Shown piece after piece: positions 56,961-64,000 of a DNA stretch of 64,000 nucleotides. This stretch comes from Candidatus Levyibacteriota bacterium. Its GTDB lineage: Bacteria; Patescibacteriota; Microgenomatia; Levybacterales; UBA12049. The notes beneath the pieces are model-generated. The model was not told where the DNA came from and made no database searches. It saw only the letters and a program-made list of their open reading frames with translations. The number at the start of each line of letters is the position of its first letter. Within the stretch, counting starts at the first letter, position 1. Location: contig DAIDHL010000001.1 of the NCBI GenBank assembly GCA_027459745.1, forward strand, positions 13,828 to 77,827, in the 5' to 3' direction. Position numbers and translations under genes: made by a program.

Positions 56961-58226
56961 GTGACATATTATGGCGTTAGCGGTATAATCACAAATATGT
57001 GGCAAAAAGCTAAAAATGTATATCATTTCGGACAGGCAGTCACTGCACATGTGGCCAATGGCTTTCCAGCTCGTGGGGTAACGTTTATTGGTGTTACTGG
57101 AACAGATGGCAAAACAACTACTTCTAGTATGATTTATCATATTTTGCATAGTGTAGGTAAAAAAGTTGCTTTAGTCTCTACCGTAGCAGCTATTATTGAT
57201 GGCAAGTCTTATGATACAGGTTTCCACGTCACAAATCCTGACCCGGCAGCCTTACTGAAATATATCAAGCTGGCCATTAGAGCCAAGTCAGAATTTATCG
57301 TCTTGGAGGTAACATCACATGGCCTTGATCAGCATCGTGTTTTTGGGATTCCTTTCAAAATAGGAGTTATTACTAATATTACCCACGAACATTTAGATTA
57401 TCATAAAACTTACGACAATTACGTAGCCGCTAAATTTAAATTATTACAAAGCTCACAAATTGCAATTATTAATCGGGACGATCAATCATATGAAAATATA
57501 AAATTCAAGATAAAGCGAGAAGCTAGATTTAGTCAAAAAAAAGTTATAACTTATGGCTTAAGGTCTGATGCAGATATAAATCCGCGAGTTTTTCCCTTTA
57601 AAAATCATCTCTTAGGTGATTTTAATAATTATAATTGTTTAGCTGCAATATCAGTTTGTCTACAATTAGGTTTACTGCCTGATGAAATACGCAATGCCCT
57701 AGCTGATTTTAGTGCACCCGTGGGAAGAGAAGAGATTGTATACAATAAGGATTTTGCCGTAATGATAGACTTTGCTCACACACCCAATGCTATAGAGCAA
57801 ATATTATCAGCAATTAAAAAAGATATTAAAAAAACGGGGAAAATTATTCATGTGTTTGGAGCAGCTGGTTTACGTGATCATACTAAGCGTCCATTGATGG
57901 GAGAAGCCAGTGATAAATATGCAGACATTACAATACTCACCGCAGAGGATCCCAGGACGGAAAAAGTAAATGAAATTATTCGTCAAATTTGCAAGGGAAT
58001 GAAAAATTATGAGTTAAGAACTAAGAATAATACACTACTGATTATTGAAGATAGGCAGCAGGCAATTGATAAGGCGATAGCACTTGCAAAAAAAGGAGAT
58101 ATGGTGGTGGTGACGGGTAAAGGACATGAAAGCTCAATGAACTTTGGGAAAGATGAGGTTCCCTGGAATGATCATGAAGCCGTGAAATCTGCATTGGAGA
58201 AGAGAAAAAATGCTACAAAAAACTAG
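56961..58226 (+). CDS. murE: UDP-N-acetylmuramoyl-tripeptide synthetase (Mur ligase, MurE-like) with a short N-terminal domain.
   Basis: P-loop GVTGTDGKTTTSSM. The DFAHTPNAIEQIL motif matches MurE DYAHTPDAL. The C-terminus reads GDMVVVTGKGHE. Only about 45 aa precede the P-loop. Confidence 0.7.
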   Translation: MTYYGVSGIITNMWQKAKNVYHFGQAVTAHVANGFPARGVTFIGVTGTDGKTTTSSMIYHILHSVGKKVALVSTVAAIIDGKSYDTGFHVTNPDPAALLKYIKLAIRAKSEFIVLEVTSHGLDQHRVFGIPFKIGVITNITHEHLDYHKTYDNYVAAKFKLLQSSQIAIINRDDQSYENIKFKIKREARFSQKKVITYGLRSDADINPRVFPFKNHLLGDFNNYNCLAAISVCLQLGLLPDEIRNALADFSAPVGREEIVYNKDFAVMIDFAHTPNAIEQILSAIKKDIKKTGKIIHVFGAAGLRDHTKRPLMGEASDKYADITILTAEDPRTEKVNEIIRQICKGMKNYELRTKNNTLLIIEDRQQAIDKAIALAKKGDMVVVTGKGHESSMNFGKDEVPWNDHEAVKSALEKRKNATKN

Positions 58227-58947
58227 TACTGACTTCTATGAATTTAGTGAATTAAAAAGTTTAGGCCTCAAACAAGGCTTCTCCACTCGGGAAATGGGAG
58301 ACATGCAATTTTCTTCTCATCATGGTTTATCTAATTTGAAACGATTTGTTGAACAATTAGACCAGGTTAATAAAGGTATAATTAGGATGCAACAGATACA
58401 TGGAATTGAGGTAAAAATTGTCACTTTAGCAGATTCAGGTTCAGTTCAAGCCAAAGCAGACGGTTTAATTACTAAAGACAAGAGATTATTTTTGTGTATA
58501 AGAACGGCTGATTGTTTACCCCTGATTTTATTTGATAATAAGCAACAGACTCTTGCGGCTGTGCATGCAGGTTATAAAGGTGTATATGCCAATATCGCTC
58601 AGGAAGCTATTAGTAAAATGATTAAACTTGGTAGCAAGCCGGGAAATATAGTGGTTGGTATTGGGCCTTCCATCCGTGACTGCTGTTACTCAATCGACGA
58701 GTCTAGAGTAAATGAATTTAGGCACAAATATCCTGAAAAAATTGACTATTTGGTATATAGAGGCCAACAAGCTTTTTTGAGCTTGCAAAGTCTGGTAAAA
58801 TGGCAATTAAGAACAGCTGGGGTACTGCAGGAGAATATTTTTGATGCTATGATGTGTACACAGGACCATGATGATAAGTTTTTCTCTTTCAGAGCAAGAA
58901 AGGATAAAGCTTCAGGTGAGGTTTTTGCGACAGTTGTGGGATTATAG
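58210..58947 (+). CDS. pgeF: YfiH/PgeF-family (DUF152) purine nucleoside phosphorylase / peptidoglycan editing factor.
   Basis: CIRTADCLPLILFD and AVHAGYKGV motifs of the YfiH family (conserved Cys-His-His). Confidence 0.7.
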   Translation: MLQKTSTDFYEFSELKSLGLKQGFSTREMGDMQFSSHHGLSNLKRFVEQLDQVNKGIIRMQQIHGIEVKIVTLADSGSVQAKADGLITKDKRLFLCIRTADCLPLILFDNKQQTLAAVHAGYKGVYANIAQEAISKMIKLGSKPGNIVVGIGPSIRDCCYSIDESRVNEFRHKYPEKIDYLVYRGQQAFLSLQSLVKWQLRTAGVLQENIFDAMMCTQDHDDKFFSFRARKDKASGEVFATVVGL

Positions 58948-59087
58948 AGGGAAGGAAAGGGGAGTAAAGTTGTTCTACTGGTATATTGTTTAATTGTTAA
59001 CCTTACATAATCTCCCCCTACAAGACGGAGGAAAATGAGACTTGAACAATTTATCGATGTAACAATTTAGCAATTAAGTTTAAAATA

Positions 59088-60521
59088 TTGCCTAGAGCAA
59101 TCATATACACAATGAACAAGGTTAATTCAATACATTTTGTCGGAATTAAAGGAGTTGGTATGACACCACTGGCAATTATTGCCAAACAGGCAGGGATTGC
59201 AGTGACAGGATCTGATTTGCCGCAAGTTTTTATCACAGACGCTGTATTGGCTAAAAACGAAATTAAAGTCTTCGATGGCTTTTCTGCAGAGCATGTGGGT
59301 GAGATTGATCTTGTGGTGGTGACTAATGCCCATGGAGGTTATGACAATGTCGAAGTAAAAGCGGCAAAAGATAAAGATATTCCGGTTATCTCTCAAGCTC
59401 AGGCTGTAGGAGAATTCATGAAAGGTGAAATATTAAACCGTGAATTTGTAGGTATATCTATCACAGGTACACATGGAAAAACTACTACGAGTGCTATGAT
59501 TGCTTCTCTACTTACGACAGCTGGTAAAGATCCTAGTTATGTAATTGGTACAGCTAGTATTCCATCTTTGGGGCATGCAGGACATTTAGGCAAGGGCGAA
59601 TATTTTGTTGCGGAGGCGGATGAATATATTACGGAGATCAAATATGACCGGACTATAAAATTTTTATGGCAACATCCAAAGGTGTTGGTAATGACCAATT
59701 TAGAACACGATCATCCTGATGTCTACCCAGATTTGCAGAGTGTTAAACAAGCATTCTCTAATTTTATTCAGCAATTATATCCTGAAGGGTTGTTAATTAT
59801 AAATGGTGATGATAGTAATTTGAGGGAAGTTAGCAAGCATTCCAAGGCACAAGTTACGACTTATGGTCTATTAAAAGATAATGAATATCAAATTAAAAAT
59901 ATCCAGGTATCGACTCATGAAACCAAGTTTGTGTTAGCTCATAAGGGGATAGATCTGGAAGAGTTTATCTTGCATGTTTCGGGAGAGCATAATGTTTTGA
60001 ATGCGACTGCAGCTATCATTGTGGGGATTAGTGCCGGTTTATCCATTGATGATATTCAAATGTACATGCAAATTTTTAGAGGTAGCAAAAGACGTCTAGA
60101 ATATCGTGGAGACAGTAGACAAGGCTATGTTCTGTATGATGATTACGGACATCATCCGACGGAAATAAAAGCTAGTTTAAAGGCTCTAAAAAGCATGTTT
60201 CCTAACTTCCATTTGGTTTGTATTTTTCAACCGCATACTGCTTCACGTACAAAGGCCTTATTTGAGAGTTTCGCGCAAGCTTTTTCACAAGCGGATGAGG
60301 TTATATTAATGGATATTTTTACTTCTGCTCGAGAAGAGACTGATCCAACAGTATCTTCAGAATTGTTAGCAGAAGCAATACACAAAGCTGGTAAAAAAGT
60401 GAAATATGAGGCTAATATGGCTGATGTGGTAAAATACATAAATCACCAAAAATATCCCTCCAAAACCTTGATCGTGACGATGGGAGCGGGAGATGTTTAT
60501 AAATTAATCGAGGAGATATAA
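59088..60521 (+). CDS. murC: UDP-N-acetylmuramate--L-alanine ligase.
   Basis: HFVGIKGVGMTPLAIIAKQAGIAVTGSD N-terminal MurC Rossmann domain, plus P-loop ISITGTHGKTTTSAM. Confidence 0.85.
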   Translation: MPRAIIYTMNKVNSIHFVGIKGVGMTPLAIIAKQAGIAVTGSDLPQVFITDAVLAKNEIKVFDGFSAEHVGEIDLVVVTNAHGGYDNVEVKAAKDKDIPVISQAQAVGEFMKGEILNREFVGISITGTHGKTTTSAMIASLLTTAGKDPSYVIGTASIPSLGHAGHLGKGEYFVAEADEYITEIKYDRTIKFLWQHPKVLVMTNLEHDHPDVYPDLQSVKQAFSNFIQQLYPEGLLIINGDDSNLREVSKHSKAQVTTYGLLKDNEYQIKNIQVSTHETKFVLAHKGIDLEEFILHVSGEHNVLNATAAIIVGISAGLSIDDIQMYMQIFRGSKRRLEYRGDSRQGYVLYDDYGHHPTEIKASLKALKSMFPNFHLVCIFQPHTASRTKALFESFAQAFSQADEVILMDIFTSAREETDPTVSSELLAEAIHKAGKKVKYEANMADVVKYINHQKYPSKTLIVTMGAGDVYKLIEEI

Positions 60522-60542
60522 TATAGGTAATAGGTAAAAATT

Positions 60543-61883
60543 ATGGAAAACAAAAACCAGAAATATATCATAACTGGCGGAAACGCACTAAAAGGTTCTA
60601 TACGTCCTTCTGGTGCTAAAAATGTAGCTCTTAAAGCGATTGTAGCTGCATGTTTAACTGCAGAACCAGTAGTTATTCATAATGTCCCTTTAATATCTGA
60701 TTTTTTTGTAATGTCAGAAATTATCCAGGAATTAGGTGGGACAGTTGAGCTCAAAGATCATACTGCTACAATTCAGGTTAAAACATTTAGCAAAGATAAA
60801 ATCACTCTTGATCAAGCTGCTCATATTCGCACTTCTTCTATGTTTCTTTCTCCGTTGTTGGCACGTTTGCATCATGCGATTATCCCTAACCCTGGTGGTT
60901 GTCGTCTAGGTGCTCGTCCAATCGATCGCACTGTTGAAGGCTTGATTAAATTGGGTGCACGAGTGAATTATGAGAGCGAAGATGGATATTTTCATGCTGA
61001 AACAGATGGATTACAAGGATGTGAGTATACATTCAACAAGAACACCCATACTGGCACCGAGACTTTATTAATAGCTGCGACTTTAGCTAGAGGTAAAACA
61101 GTTTTACATAATGCAGCGGCTGAACCTGAGATTGACGAACTGATTGATTTGTTAAATAAGATGGGAGCCAAAATACAGAGAACTTCCACTCGTGAGATTG
61201 AAATAGAGGGAGTAAATAATTTACATGGGACTGAATTTACTATCGCACCAGATAGAAATGAGGTAGTAACTTTTGCTATTGCTGCAGTGGCATCCCAAGG
61301 AGATGTGTTTATAGAAGGCGTACAGGAGATGGGACTGAAAGAGTTTAATGATGTATTATTACAGGCAGGTGGTGGAGTTGAAATTAAAGATAGTGGTATC
61401 AGATATTTTTATAGAGGTCATTTAAAGCCAGTTGATGTTACTACTCAACCTTATCCCGGCTTTATGACGGACTGGCAAGCACCTTGGGCAGTCTTGATGA
61501 CCCAAGCCGAGGGTGAATCTGTAATACATGAAACTGTTTTTGAAGACAGATTTAGTTACGTTACGCAATTGAGAAAAATGGGTGCGAAAATAGATTTATT
61601 TAATCCACAAGTCGAGGATAAAAAATCTTTTTATAACTTCAATCTAGATGATGACAGACCAGAATTCTTCCATGCAGCAAAAATTTTAGGACCTGTTAAA
61701 CTACATGATGGAGTTGTAGGCGTATCTGATTTGCGCGCTGGTGCGTCGTTGGTAGTAGCAGCTTTAATTGCCAATGGAGAAAGTATCGTACATGGAGTAA
61801 ATACCATCAGAAGAGGCTATGAAGGTTTCGAAGAGCGTTTAAAAAAACTAGGTGCCAATATTAGAAAGGAACAAGATGAGTAA
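60543..61883 (+). CDS. murA: UDP-N-acetylglucosamine 1-carboxyvinyltransferase.
   Basis: YIITGGNALKGSIRPSGAKNVALKAIVAACLTAEPVVIHNVP with EPT-fold repeats. The length is 446 aa. Confidence 0.9.
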   Translation: MENKNQKYIITGGNALKGSIRPSGAKNVALKAIVAACLTAEPVVIHNVPLISDFFVMSEIIQELGGTVELKDHTATIQVKTFSKDKITLDQAAHIRTSSMFLSPLLARLHHAIIPNPGGCRLGARPIDRTVEGLIKLGARVNYESEDGYFHAETDGLQGCEYTFNKNTHTGTETLLIAATLARGKTVLHNAAAEPEIDELIDLLNKMGAKIQRTSTREIEIEGVNNLHGTEFTIAPDRNEVVTFAIAAVASQGDVFIEGVQEMGLKEFNDVLLQAGGGVEIKDSGIRYFYRGHLKPVDVTTQPYPGFMTDWQAPWAVLMTQAEGESVIHETVFEDRFSYVTQLRKMGAKIDLFNPQVEDKKSFYNFNLDDDRPEFFHAAKILGPVKLHDGVVGVSDLRAGASLVVAALIANGESIVHGVNTIRRGYEGFEERLKKLGANIRKEQDE

Positions 61884-61903
61884 TTATTCAATTACTCACT
61901 AAT

Positions 61904-62653
61904 ATGATGGAAAGTTACTCAAATATTGCTGCAGTTATATTAGCCGCCGGTAAGGGAACACGCATGCCCGCTGACAATAAAAACAAAGTTACTCATCATC
62001 TCAACGATCAGCCAATTATTTTACGTATTGTCAAAATGTTTGAAAGTTTGAAATTAGGAGCAGTAATTGTGGTAGTTGGTTTTGCCAAAGAATCTGTATA
62101 CCAAGTGTTAAATGGTCAGCAAGTTGTATTTGCAGAGCAAGATCAACAACTAGGTACGGCTCATGCCACACAAGCTGGTTTAGAAAAGGTTTCAGAAGGT
62201 ATTTCAGATGTCATAGTAATTTATGGTGATGATGCGTCGATGTATCCAAAAAGTTTATTAAAGGATCTAATTGTGCAACATCAACGAGAAAAAAATATGA
62301 TTACATTTGTTAGTTTCGAAGTTGAAAATCCCACCGACTTGGGCAGAATAGAGAGAGAAAATGACAAAGTTGTAGGGATTGTAGAAGAAAAGAACGCTAC
62401 GGACGAACAAAAGAAAATAAAAGAAATAAATTCAGGGCTATATATTTTTAACAAAAGTTTTTTAAAAGAATATTTGCCCAAATTACACGTTAATGATATA
62501 TCGAAAGAATATTATTTGACTGATTTAGTAGAAACTGCTTTACGAAACAATTTGCCTATCAGTGTATTACAAGCAGGAAAGTTACCTTGGTTTGGCATAA
62601 ATTCATTTGCTGATTTAGAAAAAGCTCAACAAGTTTACAAACAACAAAATTAA
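61904..62653 (+). CDS. Sugar-1-phosphate nucleotidyltransferase, like the GlmU N-terminal domain, without an acetyltransferase domain.
   Basis: AAVILAAGKGTRMPADNKNKV N-terminal NTP-transferase motif. The 249-aa product has no hexapeptide repeats. Confidence 0.6.
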   Translation: MMESYSNIAAVILAAGKGTRMPADNKNKVTHHLNDQPIILRIVKMFESLKLGAVIVVVGFAKESVYQVLNGQQVVFAEQDQQLGTAHATQAGLEKVSEGISDVIVIYGDDASMYPKSLLKDLIVQHQREKNMITFVSFEVENPTDLGRIERENDKVVGIVEEKNATDEQKKIKEINSGLYIFNKSFLKEYLPKLHVNDISKEYYLTDLVETALRNNLPISVLQAGKLPWFGINSFADLEKAQQVYKQQN

Positions 62654-62656
62654 TAT

Positions 62657-63919
62657 ATGCAAATAGTTTTATTAGCAGCTGGCAATTCTAGTAGGTTTTA
62701 TCCATATATAAATTATGGGCATAAGTCTTTTTTTCCAATATTTGATAAACCTATCATTTACCATACTCTTAAATCCATTCAAGCTACTGGTTTTAAAGAA
62801 GTTATTGTTGTAGTCAGAGAAAAAAAACAATTGGAAGAAATTCTTAAACATAATACAGATTTAGATTTAAATATTACGATTATTGAGCAACCAGAAGCAT
62901 TAGGTATGGGAGATGCTTTGCTGAGGGCAAGAGAATATTTACAGGATAGTTTTTTTGTTATGCATGCGCATCATGTTGACTTTGCTGATTTTGCAGAAAT
63001 AATCTCAAGAGAAAAAACAGAAAAAGATCAAGTGGTTTTATTGGCAAGAAAAGAAAATGATATCGCAAAATTTGGTGTTTTGAGAGTAGATGAGAATAGA
63101 GTTTTAGAAATTGTAGAAAAGCCAACCAATGCTGACCATGTTTCGAATTTGCGGTTGATTGGAATCTATTTGTTATCAATTAAATTTTTGGATTCTTTAT
63201 CTAGTACAAAATTAGAACATTATAATTTTGAAACAGCTCTGTCCGAGTTTGCTCAAAACAATTTGGTGACCTATGTCGAGACACAAGAAGAAAGTGTCTC
63301 CTTAAAATATCCCTGGAATTTATTTGCTCTTAAGAATTATTTATTTAATTCTCAAACCTACTCAATTTCTGTTAATTCAACTGTAGCCACTAATGTAACT
63401 TTAGAAGGAACTGTGATTATTGAGGACGGTGCTAAAGTTATGGAAAATGCGGTATTGAAGGGACCGGTTTACGTGGGAGCAAATTCAGTGGTGGGGACGA
63501 ATGCCATTTTACGTGAGGGGACTGTTTTAAGCGCCAACTGTATGGTAGGTGCAAATATGGAGATAAGAAATTCAATAATTTCTGCCGGCACACATTTTCA
63601 TTCTGGATTTGCGGGGGATTCTTTATTTGGACAAAATGGAAGATTTGGTGCCGGATTTAATACAGGAAACAAGAGATTGGATCGACAAGGAGTTGATATT
63701 AAATTAGATAATAAAATATTAACAACAGGTATTCATAATTTAGGGGTAATCGTAGGTGATAATGTTAAAGTTGGCATTAATGTTTCCACAATGCCAGGGA
63801 CAATTATCGGAAATGATTCTATTGTAGGTCCCCATACTATGGTTAGAAAAAATGTCGCAGATAAAACCAGATACTATACTAAGTTTAAAGAAATAATAAC
63901 TTCTATTACTGAAGATTAG
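62657..63919 (+). CDS. Bifunctional-type sugar-1-phosphate nucleotidyltransferase with a C-terminal left-handed beta-helix acyltransferase domain (GlmU-like).
   Basis: N-terminal MQIVLLAAGNSSRF. The C-terminal half contains many hexapeptide repeats (VYVGANSVVGTNAILREGTVLSANCMVGANMEI...). Confidence 0.65.
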   Translation: MQIVLLAAGNSSRFYPYINYGHKSFFPIFDKPIIYHTLKSIQATGFKEVIVVVREKKQLEEILKHNTDLDLNITIIEQPEALGMGDALLRAREYLQDSFFVMHAHHVDFADFAEIISREKTEKDQVVLLARKENDIAKFGVLRVDENRVLEIVEKPTNADHVSNLRLIGIYLLSIKFLDSLSSTKLEHYNFETALSEFAQNNLVTYVETQEESVSLKYPWNLFALKNYLFNSQTYSISVNSTVATNVTLEGTVIIEDGAKVMENAVLKGPVYVGANSVVGTNAILREGTVLSANCMVGANMEIRNSIISAGTHFHSGFAGDSLFGQNGRFGAGFNTGNKRLDRQGVDIKLDNKILTTGIHNLGVIVGDNVKVGINVSTMPGTIIGNDSIVGPHTMVRKNVADKTRYYTKFKEIITSITED

Positions 63920-63967
63920 TACTTGATTTTATAATCAAAATAATTACAATGTAACTCAACTTTTAAT

Positions 63968-64000
63968 ATGTGTGGAATATTTGCTTATATTGGTAAAAAA
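63968..64000 (+). CDS. glmS: Glutamine--fructose-6-phosphate aminotransferase, 5' end only; truncated by the window.
   Basis: MCGIFAYIGKK matches the invariant GlmS N-terminus (Met-Cys-Gly-Ile, with the catalytic Cys2). Confidence 0.6.
   Translation, partial: MCGIFAYIGKK

Overview
The window is low-GC (about 30%) with small, tightly packed genes, mostly on the + strand. The organism looks like a streamlined, possibly Patescibacteria/CPR-like bacterium; this is an inference from composition and gene content only.

From about nt 1 to 43.8 kb the window is one large cell-envelope glycan biosynthesis island. It contains:
- UDP-glucose 4-epimerase GalE, UDP-GlcNAc 2-epimerase WecB and mannose-1-phosphate guanylyltransferase ManC.
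- A monotopic polyprenyl-phosphate sugar-phosphate transferase, the likely initiating enzyme.
- A Wzx-like flippase.
- A dehydrogenase/aminotransferase/formyltransferase trio that suggests a formamido-sugar pathway.
- At least 10 GT4-type and 6 GT2-type glycosyltransferases, including a polyprenol-phosphate glycosyltransferase.
- An unusual number of polytopic membrane proteins that look like GT-C glycosyltransferases: four tandem paralogs, two giant paralogs, an ArnT-like protein, and a 1063-aa O-antigen-ligase-like fusion.
- Two tandem PurD-like ATP-grasp paralogs embedded in the cluster, which is unexpected.

The remainder carries:
- A higher-GC beta-helix (pectate-lyase-3-like) protein.
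- Overlapping tatA and tatC.
- A secreted FN3-like protein.
- recO followed by glyQS (alpha2-type GlyRS).
- A fused AccD-AccA carboxyltransferase.
- A non-canonical dcw/mur region: mraZ-rsmH-ftsL-ftsI, then csaA-like and DUF192 genes on the opposite strand, then ydjM-like-murE-pgeF-murC-murA, two GlmU-like nucleotidyltransferases and the start of glmS.
- A (GGGTTAA)x8 heptamer microsatellite that encodes the stop of one gene and sits in the promoter region of another.
- A perfect 10-bp tandem repeat immediately upstream of mraZ.

No rRNA, tRNA, CRISPR array or obvious mobile element was recognised.
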